A stretch of 64,000 nucleotides of DNA from Nymphaea colorata (taxonomy: Eukaryota). The translations under genes were made by a program, and so were the position numbers. Every line of letters begins with the position of its first letter. The stretch's first letter is position 1. The notes under the pieces were generated by a model. The model saw only the letters and a program-made list of their open reading frames with translations. It was not told the DNA's origin and did not search any database. Positions 12,778-25,200 of this stretch are shown here, piece after piece. The stretch covers positions 39,308,001 to 39,372,000 of the forward strand of contig NC_045138.2 of assembly GCF_008831285.2 (NCBI RefSeq). Reading direction: 5' to 3'.

Positions 12778-13086
12778 GATAGATATAATGTACAAAATGC
12801 TCTAGATCTGGCCTGTGTAAACTCTCTTTGTAGGGGCGAAAGTGGAAAGGAAGAAAAGTCTTTTAAAAGACAAAAATCCTATATTCAAATGCAGGTTAAA
12901 AAGTGTACATAAGTGGGAACTTGAACTAGAGACCTTTGAGTTGAAGTCAAAAGATCAATGCCCAGAGTGCGTCTCGGAATCAACTTGCCTATCTGAAAGA
13001 AAAAGAAAATACCTTTTTCTGTTCTATTTAATTTCTATGGTAAAAATATTTGAACTTGCAGCTAGGATATCGAACTTCAACTGGTA

Positions 13087-13327
13087 CAAAGCGAACAGAT
13101 CAATGACAAAAACATATTGTAACTAAAAGTCTCATAGCTGATCATATTGCGAATTATCTTCTTACAAAAGCAGTTGCAATCGCACCTTTGTCTTAAATAC
13201 TCATTTCAAAGTGAACAGATCAATGACAAAAAAATATTGTAACTTAAAAGTCTCATAGCTGATCATATTACGAATTATCTTCTTACAAAAGCAGTTGCAA
13301 TCGCACCTTTGTTTTGAATACTCATTT
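13087..13327. repeat. Direct tandem duplication, ~121-bp unit x2
   Basis: caaagYgaacagatcaatgacaaaaa...aatactcattt at 13087-13207 and 13208-13327, with few mismatches. Confidence 0.9.
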
Positions 13328-13367
13328 AGATTATTGACTTTTGATTTGAGATAAACGTTTTCTTTTC

Positions 13368-13694
13368 GGGGACGTTTGATTGCCTCAAATCTTACTGACT
13401 TGAAATCTTGAGATCTAAATTTCTAAGATCTCGGGCCTTCTCTACTCTCTACCAACGATCTGAAATCTTTTGTTCAAAAACGCTGCACGGATTAATCATA
13501 CGAAAATTTTGTAAATCGTGCATCCTCAAATATGAATCTCAAGGCAAAAACCCTTTTGCAATTCATCTACAAATTGAACTTGGGATAATGGAAACCTTAA
13601 TTCAACGGTTTTTAAATCTAGCGTTTGCAAATCCACGACCCCCATGTTAAACCAGACTTTCAGATTTAAGATCCAGGCTAATCAAAACGCCCCC
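13368..13694. mobile_element. Tourist/PIF-Harbinger-like MITE
   Basis: Imperfect terminal inverted repeats GGGGACGTTTGATT ... AATCAAAACGCCCCC around an AT-rich non-coding interior. Confidence 0.55.
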
Positions 13695-13929
13695 ATAATC
13701 AAAAGACACCAATAGAGTTTCATCGCTACTCCAGTTAGATTTACTGACTGGGGTTGATTTTAATAAGGCAAAACCCTTTAATTAAGTGGTCTAGTTATCG
13801 CAGTTGGTTCTGATAAGATCCTGAAAATTACTGCTGGTTCTTAGAAGATCCTGCAGAACAAATAGCCTCGGTGGTGTTGGTTAATCATGCAAATCTCCCA
13901 TACAAGCTACAAAATAAAAATCCTCCCTT

Positions 13930-15282
13930 TCAGGGTTGGCCGGCAGCCAAGGAAACTTTATAGGAAGAAGAAGAAGAAGAAGAAGGCGGTAGAGCTGCAC
14001 CACCCTCCTGGCTCACACTCACTGTCCTTTGCTCTGCAGCGACTAATGGCGTCCTTATTTCGTTCTCCCTCCACCATCCTTCGCGCCCCACACCCCTCAA
14101 CTGCTCCAGCCTCGTCCAATCCAGTCTTTGCATCTTGAACACTTTACGAACGTTCGCCAGCCCTCCAATGAAGTACAAGAGGCTCCCACTCAGCCCCAGC
14201 CAAGCCCAAGTCCTTCCCTATCCAAAACAAAGAAAGAATCCAAAAACCCAACAAGGAAAATCGAAGAATCAAGAGAATGAGCTTCTTTTCCCATTGAGAA
14301 AGATGACAAGAGAAAAGAATCAAAGAGAGAGAGAGAGGGCACTGGGGCTTATATAGATATGTACCAAAAGACTTGGGCCATGGGCTGAATGACTTGGAGT
14401 TTGCCTGTTGAGAATTCCTGCAACCAAGAGTAGTTGGCTTCCCATGAGAAAGGGAAGGTAGATTCCCTTTTGTAGGACCTGGAGAAGACCGTCGGCCCTC
14501 TCGTATACTTGGCACGCGTTCTGGATTGAGCCCACGAGCCAAAGAGCAGGGCCTGCAATTAATAGAGTCGAGGCGTGCTTTTCCAATTTCCGCTTCTTCT
14601 CAATCTGCAAGAGGAAATGAGAATTTTCTTCTGTCATCATTTTTTTTGCAAACTGGCAGCTGACATGCGTGAAGTTTACTTGGTTTGTTATTAAATTGAA
14701 TTCTTAACCGATCAGGTCAAAACAGCGAGCTGCACTTGTAAGCATCGACAGAATAAAGAAAAAAGCTAAAAGATGTGAAGTTTGAGCTTGTTTCCGAGAC
14801 AAATAGGTTTAAGGGATGGTAATCATGGTGCATGAGTCTTAATCCACTGGTGTCCAAGTCTGTCCGTTAAAACTTGACAAGGAAGAAGATGAAGACAGGG
14901 AAGCAGGTCGGATTATTGTCTTGTTTCCTAAAATTCATAATCCAATGTACATCTGTTATTGTTAGAGACACAAGGACCTCATCAAAAGACACGGGCCTAT
15001 TGAAATCTTCAAACACTATGCAGAAACTGTACGCCTTAGGAAGGCACCTGATCACAGGAAAGTGAAGCTCATTCATGCATCCACTATTGAAAATTTAGAG
15101 CGCGAATCCTAAACTTTGGAAATTCAGGATTTCCCTTTGCATGTTAATAATCCAAAGCATCGGATGACAGTAAAAGGGTTTTTCTCCTTTTCCCAGTAGA
15201 TAGAAAGAGCACCCTCTCTCTCATCAACCAGGAGTTTTTATTGGCAGGGAGATGGATCGAAAGTGCCAATTCACAGTAGCAC

Positions 15283-15357
<75 letters not shown>

Positions 15358-15719
15358 CGTGCATATACCAAAAGGAAGAGGATGGCCAAGAAAGTAAGGA
15401 CGGACCCCACGAACTGAACGAGCGGAGACGCAAGCTCCACGGTGAGGAACTGCACATCCAAGCCCATCAATGGCAGTCGGAAGTCCAAACTTATCAGGTG
15501 AGCTACCAGATCATGCACGTTCACGGCAGCCATGAGGGTCAACGCAACAAGTATCATATACAGCCCGGCAACACCACCCCCGGCGAGCAGAGTCCCGAAT
15601 CCGGCAACCAGCAGGAGGGCACTGAACACGTGCAAGCCCGCGTTTATGTACTCCCATCTATTCCTAACCCGAGGCGGACCATACAATCGGCATTCCCTCA
15701 CCGACGCCAGCTTCACCAT
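13930..15719 (-). CDS. Conserved plant multi-pass membrane protein of unknown function (292 aa), 3 exons
   Basis: Exons 15719-15369, 14604-14365 and 14217-13930 are all phase 0 and GT-AG: MVKLASVRECRLYGP...EYINAGL.../IEKKRKLEKHASTLLIAGPALWLVGSIQNACQVYERADG.../GRTWAWLGLSGSLLYFIGGLANVRKVFKMQ...RLEQLRG...*. Several hydrophobic segments. I recall this as a conserved uncharacterised plant family; no gene name. Confidence 0.88.
15286..15355. repeat. (GA)n microsatellite just inside intron 1 of the membrane-protein gene
   Basis: About 35 units, starting ~14 nt after the donor on the minus strand. Confidence 0.95.
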
Positions 15720-16486
15720 CTTCGCAGAAGAGAGAGGGAGAGCGAGAGAGAGAGAGAAAGAGGTGCGTCTACATCTAACGAAGCGCTCCCTCCCCTGCTG
15801 GGTGGAGGCTCCTCTACCTTACCATCCATGGTGGTGGTTCTCAGTCATCGCCTTCACGTGGCATCGTGCATGGAGAGCAGGACAAAACCCGAGAACGACG
15901 CCGCTGCCATGTTGCAGATCAAGAGTGCCCATTACGTCAGCCGCCTCCTTATCGTAGCCAGGTCGTTCGCTAGGGCCCCTTTGTTTTTCAATCCCACCAG
16001 GTCCGTCCGGCTTGGGCGGGTCTCCATTGACCCACCACTGCGCTCGAACCCGAGACTCGATTTTGTTTGAGATATCCAATCCCAGCAGATTCTTCGAAAT
16101 TTCGCGTGTTCATCGAGTCAAACCCAGTTCGTCTTCCTTCCGCATACCTGGTTAACCATCTGATAAACCGCATATGAAATCAATGGCCACCATTCATCTC
16201 CAAAACCACGGTGCACAAAACTTTACTCAAAACTAGTGACAATTCCTGTTTGAAGCGTTTATACCCGAGAAGAAGTTCCAGAATCTGAAAGCTTGGGGTG
16301 GGATAGATACTCGAGAGGGCTTGTTCCGGACTTGGTATTCCTGACCGGGGAAGCACGAACCAATTCCTAGGAAATCGCCGTAGACGCCCAGTTGCCAGTG
16401 TCTGGTTCGAATTTTAGGAATCCCGGTCTTCTTATAGAGGGGACCGCGCGTTTCAACGCTTTGGGCAGGGCAGTGGCGGGGAAAAA

Positions 16487-19400
16487 ATGCGGAAGAGGCG
16501 AGAGAGAAGGAAGAATGTGGGGAGCGAGGCGGAGCTCCGGCACCAGCAGCCAAGTGTCCCGGCCGAGGCAGCTCAATCCCTCTCCCTCTCCCGTCTGCTG
16601 CCACTCCTCGCATTAGGCGGCCTTCTTCTCCTGCTTATCTCGTATCAATCGTTTCGTGGGCCCAAGACGATCTCCTCGCCGAGCACCCACCTATCCGTGT
16701 ACGAGAGAGGCCTTGTGAAACCCAACGTTGGGTACCAAGAAGTTCTCAACGTAATTACACTCCCCGAAAAATTATTATTCTTGTTGTCATTTGTGTCTTT
16801 CTGGTAGAATTTCTTAGAAGTTTGAATCGAAGATGGATTCATCGTGCAATCAAATGCTAGTTTCTGCTTTATGGATACGAAACGACCCATAGTTGCTTCT
16901 TTATTTTTACAAACAGTTGAATAAAAAGCACAATATTAAGAACATTGCATTCAATGCGGCTACTTTGGGAGCTGACCCTTTGCTCAAATTGAGTGCAATT
17001 TTTTCCGCTTTGTGTTTGATTCTGTTCTTTCTTAGGTATCTGCTGACAATGTTTGACTGTTTCAAGAAACTCAGGAGAATTCGAAGACATCGGAAAATGT
17101 TTCTGATCGACACTTCAAACATCCAGTTCTGGCTTATGTTACTCCATGGTAAGAAGATGCTAATTTGCCTTCAATGTGATATACACTTTCTAGCAATGGG
17201 CATTCTCTTTTGAATTGTCATCTCAATTGTCTCTAGCAACAGATTTTTTTTCATGAATTTTCCATTTCCCATTTAAAATGCCCGTCTTCCTCGAAGGGCA
17301 AAGGCGTTTCTGGTCATTGGCCCTTTGAAATATGATAGTAACGCCTAGTATGTTGTGCAGGAATTCCAAAGGATATGATGTGGCAAAAAAATTTAATTCA
17401 AAATTTACACACGTCTCGCCTGTGTGGTATGAGCTGAAGAGGTTCGTCCCACAACGAATATGCTGCTATTTTGTGTATAATACCATGAGTCAGATACTGA
17501 ATATTCCATTTTTTTCAGTGAGGGATCCAAATTATCGTTGGTGGGTCAACATAATGCTGACACTGGCTGGGTCTTGGAAGTGAAAAGCAATGGACATACA
17601 CTGGTAACGTCATTTACTGAGTGCCTTTTTGCTAGAGCAATCGCTTTTAGCTTTGTTTTGGATTGAGGGACTTTGTTTCCGTTAGTGTTATGCAGCCTAC
17701 CTATGTTTTAATAGTACATATGCAATAACTTTACATGAAATGAACGAGTGGAGGTAAGGTTCTTATTTTCTTAAGTGGAGATCTGCTGGTTCAAGCATTG
17801 CAAGTTCCTGCATTTGTGTTTGCACTTTTGCAGGTATTGCCTAGGGTGGTTCTAGAGGCATTTCCTAACGAGTTGTTAAAAAAGAAGATGATGTGGGAGA
17901 AGGCTATCAATCTCATACTGGCAGAATGCGAGTAAACTATAGACTATAGTCTGTTTTGAATTTTTTTCAAAATTGTTATCTACAACAATGAAGGTAATTG
18001 TTCGATTAACTTCTTTATATCATTCCTCGTCATCTTCGTGGTTATTTGTATAGGGCAATGGGATATGATGGAGTTGTACTGGAGTCCTGGTCAAGATGGG
18101 CTGCTTATGGAGTATTGCATGACCCAAACATGCGAAGCCTGGTAACATCCAATCTTGTCTAAGTACTATGCAATATATGCAGTGATTATCTCAGGAATAC
18201 TAGGTGAAATATTCTGTCTTTAACTTCATGGATGCAACGAATTGATTGGTCTTCATTTTCATCTCCCTGTTGACAAGGGACTAGAATCTGAGTTTGTTGC
18301 ATATCTGTAGTTGGCATTACTTACATAGCAATGGGTTGGTAAATATTCATCTAGCAATGGATCTGAACATTCCAGTTATGATGGTTTGCTCTCACGTTGT
18401 AACTGGAAAACACTTTCATGAATTACATTGCGTTAGGGTTCTAACATCCATAGCTAGCTGAAAATAGAGCCTATAAGGCATGAACTTGATCAAGGTAAAC
18501 TGTTCCACTTCTGAGAGGATTGTTCCACTTCTGAGAGGGTGAGACAACAGTTATGCAATAACTTTTGTGCTCATCCAGTATCTTTAAGATGATATATGCA
18601 GGTAGGTGCATCAAATTCAGCATGTTAGTTGGTTTACATGACTGATCATCAGCATAAATGAAGGAAATAGCTTCCCGCAATGCTGTCAAGTATGGCAGTA
18701 CTGATTTCCAAGTGAGTGGTGATAAGATGGCACATGGAATGGAATCCAAAGTCCACTTTATGTCCCCTTATCTAGAAACAGTAAGGTACTTCTGAAAAAA
18801 ATGGCATACCTGCACATTTACTGGCAAACCCTTTTTCTTGGATGATTTTCCTGGTAATCAACAGTCAGGTAAAAGCTCTTCAATTGTATATACAATATAC
18901 TAAAGGAGTTAGTGAGCATACCATCATGAACAATGTTGTCTGTGTCTGGACCGAGGCCAGACTACGTGCGCATCTTGGTTTCTAAATGGCAAACTTGGTC
19001 TAATGTATTTATCTGTCACCTATTTTTTTATTTGATTGATAAATTAGATCTTAACGAACTTCATTATAGGACCTGGTTTATTCATCTGTGACCATTAACC
19101 AAATGCAGGCCTGATCAATCTACTGGACTTCGAGTTCCAGACTAAGCTCCCTGTCTTTTATCCAAGTCCAATCATTTTCAGGACATATTGCTGATGAAAA
19201 AACAGAAAAAATATGGAAAATGTTTTTGAGTTTATCACTTTTATTATGATAAGTACCGATTGTAGGAATTAGGCAGATGTCAAACTAGCTCCAGCACACA
19301 GACTTTGTTGTGTCTGTTGCTAGTTCCTGGCAGTGCAAAGCTGAAACAGTTGTCAAGTTAAAAAAAATAATTACATGTTTGAATTCCCGTTTCTTGTATT

Positions 19401-20257
19401 TTAAATTTTTAATTGTTTGCATTTCCTTTTCTATGTCATTTGTATGCTTTTGGTTGAATGCATTCTCCTCTGAAACCACAGGCACTACAGTTCATTAATC
19501 AGCTGGCAGATAAATTGCATTCAACACATTCCATGCAAGACAAAAGTCGTGTGCTACAGCTTGTTTATGTTATACCTGCTCCCCGTTCTGAAGTGTTTCA
19601 ATCAGATGATTTTACATCAGAAGATTTGCGGAGATTAAGTGAAGCAGTGGACTGGTTTTCTCTTATGACCTATGACTTCTCAAGCGCTCAATACCCTGGT
19701 CCCAGTGCACCTTTGAACTGGATCCGCTCCTCCTTGAAACTTCTACTTCATGGTGCAAGTAGTCAACAGAAGCTCGCCCATAAGATACTTATTGGCATCA
19801 ACTTTTATGGAAATGATTTTATAATTTCTGAAGGTAGGTGATTTTATGTTTCTATCCATTCTGCTCTATTTTGCACAGGAATTTGATTGATTCTGATCTT
19901 GTCATCAGTTCTATACCGCAGCATTTCTTCACTTGCTGTTGGATTTTCTAATAGGCTTTACTTATATGTAACCTGAGTACTAAGTTGTTTGCAATAAAAC
20001 CAGAATTTGGTGGTGGTCCTATCATTGGCTCAGAGTACTTGGCCTTGCTTGAGAAGTATCGGCCTGCACTCCGATGGAACAGTGATGTTGCTGAACATTT
20101 TTTCATGTACCCAGACGACCGGAACTATCAGCATGCTGTTTTCTATCCATCATTGATGTCAATTTCTACTCGGCTTGAGGAAGCTCATTCTTGGGGAGCT
20201 GGTTTGTCCATCTGGGAGATTGGGCAAGGTTTAGATTATTTTTTTGATCTTCTCTGA
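16487..20257 (+). CDS. CHID1: Chitinase domain-containing protein 1-like (GH18 family), 431 aa, 8 exons
   Basis: Exons 16487-16750, 17075-17148, 17361-17441, 17519-17603, 17834-17931, 18054-18141, 19482-19833 and 20004-20257 (1296 nt, phases consistent). Motifs: [67 protein letters not shown]-terminal signal anchor. Confidence 0.93.
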
Positions 20258-22262
20258 TATCGTTCCATGTCTTGTATGGTTTCCACTATTGGTTGAAACT
20301 CAGAAAGCATAAAAGTATTTACGGTGGAGCAAGGATGGCCTTCTAAAACATTTTGTGCTTTTCCTTTCTGTTTCATTAAGCAGGATATATTTGTTACATC
20401 CTTTTGGAAAGTATAGCATTGTAGTCCTGATGTTAGTAACTTAGTATCAGGAACTGGGGGTAACCTTGCCTATTTGTTCTGGGTACTTGATGAGATTGAT
20501 GGTGGCACTTTCCCTCTTTTTGGTTGCCCTGTTTGTGAAGAATTGAACACATTCTTTTTCCTCTTGAAGCTTTTGTCTTGAATGTTTGATCGCCTCTGGA
20601 TGCTTCTAAGTTGCGCAACAAATGGGCAGTAAAGTTCATACTTCGATTGGAAGGATTGCCATGGGTTTTGACATTGTGACTTGCATCAATTTGTTTATGT
20701 TAGGCTCCTTTCAGTATGTAAACGAGCTCTGTGGATCACTTGGCGACTTTACCTTGTGATCTGATGAGCATTTTCACGGGCTGAGCCTAATTGATGATGA
20801 GGAGTGAGTTTTTTCACGAGCTGCGAGGGAATGGATTCATGACTAACATTTTCCAGCCCTGCTTTTGGTCGGCAACGGAAGTAGTTCAAGTCATCTGGGG
20901 CCAGTTTCATTGATGCTGTTAGGTGAGCCAAAGTTCGCTTACCCTATCCATTCTGCAACCCAAATATCATCCTTACCAGCCAATCAGGGAATTTGTTCCT
21001 ACTAATGTGTTCGACATTGTTGTGCGTCGGCTCATCACTGCAACGAGTAGGCTGACATGAACCTTTGCTGGTTTTTTATTTTTTGAAATTTGATTACTTT
21101 ACAAAATATAATTGCGCCTTTTCATCCTGATTCATATTGACTGATGCGATTTGATTCACCATATAATTTGAAGCAATCACTTGCCAACATAAACCAATTT
21201 GTCCTTTGTTCTCTTTACACGGTCGAAGTAATAAGCATGAGATAAGAACTTCACAAGCTTTTGAGAGATCAGATGAAATTGGGAGCTTTACAGAACTTTG
21301 CCGATCTATTACTCCTATTTAGATCGGGACAACTCCCAAACTCTCCAAATTTTATGCGAAGTATGTGAAGCCGGTAAAATTCTACGAAAGGAATCCCACA
21401 AGAACCGGTTAAACTTCAAATTGACTTCGTTTTCACAATAAGCCACATTTTGATTTTTTATTAGTACGATTTGTTGCATCTTCTTGCCATGCATGGTATA
21501 ACTACCAAAAGGTATAACAAGCGTAATATAACTTTAAGCATGGTAAATTTACCCGCCTAAATTGCATATAATTGAAACATTTGAAGAAAAGAAAATTTAT
21601 CTGAAGTGTGTAAATGTAACTAGAACTTCCTTTTACTGCTACCATAGTATGTTCCAGTAGTGGAAATCATTTATCATCTAGAAATGTTTTCTCATAGCAA
21701 AAGACGTGAACATCATTTGCCATTGATGAAAAAATAAAAAACTCAATTCCTCGTGTCCAAAGTTAAAAAGGTTTGTGAGATTACGAGCCGAACCAATCAC
21801 AGATTCACGATACCTATATGATTTAAAAGGTGAGCCTTTAAACTTTTTCCTTTTATTTCTTCCGTTTAGACGTGTTGGGGAAAGACGCTAACATGGTAGC
21901 AGTTGACTTAAGCCTCGACGCTCGTACTCTTTGAGACGCATCTCAGTACCCAAGTACTGCAACACAGGTAAGTCCTCACAGAATTCTCAGCCACATGAGC
22001 TCTCTATACCGTCTCATCCTCACCAGCTTACTTGTCAACCTCTCATTGGTCACCATCAGAACGCCGGAGGCCATCCTCATACCACCACTAACTTTTTTTA
22101 CAGTCAGAAAAGAGAGAGAGAGAGAGAGAGGGAGAGAGACAGTACCGCTGTATAGTCCTGAAACCATCTACTTCCACCAAGGCCAACCTTTAAGAATATA
22201 GTGAAGTCCTATCTTGAAGAGTGGTGTAGATTGGGTGCCCTTTGATACACTGAAAATCTGCC

Positions 22263-25200
22263 ATGGACGTTCTCACAGCTGCTGGCCTTGTGCCATTCTC
22301 AATCCACAAACCAGCCACCGTTTCCGAGAGGAAAATAGAGCTCAGGAAACTCTTCTCGTTCAACCCCTTTCATCCTTCACACAAAATCTCGCCACTACCT
22401 GGTAGCCTAAATCCGTCAGCGAATTTGCCGTATCTTGGTGCTGCCGCTTCAGCATTCCTTTCTTCTACATTTGGTGGTGGTTTTGCTGAAGCTCTCACTT
22501 ACGAAGAAGCACTTGAACAGTCTGTAAATGCATCAACGTATGGGCAATCTTCGGACCTTGATGTTGGCAGCATCATTGATAGTGTGGTTAGTTTTGGTAG
22601 TGAGAATCCTCTAATTCTAGCAGGAGGGTTTGCTGCTTTTGCAGTTCCTGTCGTCCTATCGTTGGTTTTAGGCAAGCCCAAACCATGGGGGATTGAATCT
22701 GCTAAAAGTGCATATGCCAAATTGGGTGAAGATGGTGAGGCGCAATTGCTGGACATCAGAAGACCACAGGATATAAAAGAAGTGGGTAGTCCTGATATCA
22801 GGAGTTTGAAGAAGAGGGTGGTGTCAATTGCATACGGAGGTGACAATGAGGCATTCTTGACGAAGGTTTCTGCAAAATTTAAGGATCCAAGCAATACCAC
22901 ATTGTTCATTATTGACAAGTAAGTGACAAGGATAATAGAATTTTATTATTAAAGTTCCTCGACGGTATCTTCAATGTGTATTCCTTCAGGTTAACTGTTA
23001 TTAGCACATTATTCGGGAGCTTGGTTGATTTAACTTGAAAATGTCAAAACAAAAGAGGAATTTTTTAACACCGTCTCCCTAATGTGGGAGTTGAAACTAA
23101 AGCGGATAGTGGTGATATTTTCTTCGGACTTCTGCTTGATGACAGATCAAATTGTTTAACGAGCTGGCGGACTTGAAAATCTTTTGAGACCAAGGTAGTG
23201 GATTATCGAGTAGTTCAGATTTTTTGATCAAGAGAAGTGTAAAGAAACCGAAAATTGGTCTATGCTGCCAGAAAGTTGTCGGATTCAACACATTCTCTGT
23301 GTATTTGGCGATTGTTTGTCCAGAACATGTTGTCCCAACTCTTACATGTCTTCCCGGGCATGTCGTCCCTGCTTCAGGCCTTGCATTTCTCAAGTTCTTT
23401 TTTGTTCTATTTACTGTGTCGATCATTATTTTCTTCTTTCCTTACGTTTATAATTGGAGAAAGGGCCAACCGTGATTAGTATTGTTAAAAATCTGTTATC
23501 AGGTTCGATGGAAGTTCAGCAAAGGTTGCAGAGCTGGTTACTGCCAATGGCTTCAAAGCTGCCTTTGCAATTAAGGATGGTGCAGAAGGAACTCGTGGGT
23601 GGATAGTATGTAATTCTGAATCTATTAGCGTCTTTACTCGGCTTGTTTTTGTTTGTAATGGAAAAGAAACTAGATATCTGAGCCGTTTCTCTTGTCCAGA
23701 ATAGTGATCTTCCCTGGGTGCAACCAAGGAAGGCGTTCAGGGTCGACTTCGGTAATTTGACTGACGCAATTAATGATGCTCTAGGGGTATGTTGAGTTTT
23801 TCTCTCCGTTGGGTGTATGAATTGTATAAAGTAGTGGCTGTGACACTGTAGAAGAGCACTCTGGTTCTTTCCGTTCTTATTGCTCGGCATTAGTTATTTC
23901 TATTTCGAAATGCTGTGCTCTTTCTCTCATCAGATGGGACATTGATGGGAAAAAAATTGCTGCAGGAAGGCGCTAATCTTCTCCCTACTACGCTGGGTCT
24001 AGCGGCAGCAACAGGGCTTGGCGCATTGGCTTTTTCAGAGGTTGGACTTTGATGTTTTCTCAGTTTTAAACAAATGCGTACCAATCCAAAGTGGGTTCCA
24101 TCATTCCGAAGACTTGATCTGCTGACTACAATTAGATTCGATTGTGCAGATAGAGACTGTGCTTCAGCTGCTAGGATCAGCTGCAATTGTTCAGTTTACT
24201 CTTAACAAGCTCCTGTTTGCAAAAGTTAGTTCCTGAATCCTCCTAGACTCAGCCTTGTAATCATGTTACATAAATAGCGTGACACTTTTTTCTCCTTTCT
24301 CGGGCATGTTATGCTGGACTTAATGCACTCTACGTTACATTTTTTAGGCAACATATGCTACAGACCGTATCTCTTTCTACAACTTTCTACCATGAAGTAA
24401 AACATAGGCAAGCATACCAGATGTGATACTGCAATACTTTCTTAATACTTGGAAAACAAGTGCTTCTGTTCATTTATGCCAATTCATGAAATATTGTGCT
24501 TCTCATATGGAATGATGCTATCATATGCTAATTTGCTCATGGTGGTATGAAGTAAAACATAGCCTAGCATACCAGATGTGATACTGCAATACTTTCTTAA
24601 TGCTTGGAAAACAAGTGCTTCTGTTCATTTTATGCCAATTCATGGAATATTGTGCATCACATATGGGAATGATGAGATTTTATGCCAATTCATGAAATAT
24701 TGTGCATCACATATGGGAATGATGAGATCATATGCTAATTTGCTCATGGTGGTATGAAGTAAAACATAAACTAGCATACCAGATGTGATACTGCAATACT
24801 TTCTTAATGCTTGGAAAACAAGTGCTTCTGTTCATTTTATGCCAATTCATGAAATATTGTGCATCACATATGGGAATGATGAGATCATATGCTAATTTGC
24901 TCATGGTGGTATGAAGTAAAACATAGCCTAGCATACCAGATGTAATACTGCAATACTTTCTTAATGCTTGGAAAACAAGTGCTTCTGTTCATTTTATGCC
25001 AATTCATGAAATATTGTGCATCACATATGGGAATGATGAGATCATATGCTAATTTGCTTATGGTGGTTTGTTTAATACAATGACACCTGTATTTTTAGGG
25101 AACACATCTGGATGTCATTTTAAAAAGTGGAAAACATGTTCTCTAGGCTTTCATCTGTATGATATGACAATGGAAGTATAAAACTGTTTGTTTGTCCTGT

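Noticed and set aside
15252..16070. 272-aa plus-strand ORF
   Set aside because: Antisense shadow of the membrane-protein exon 1 plus a GA repeat (RERERE).
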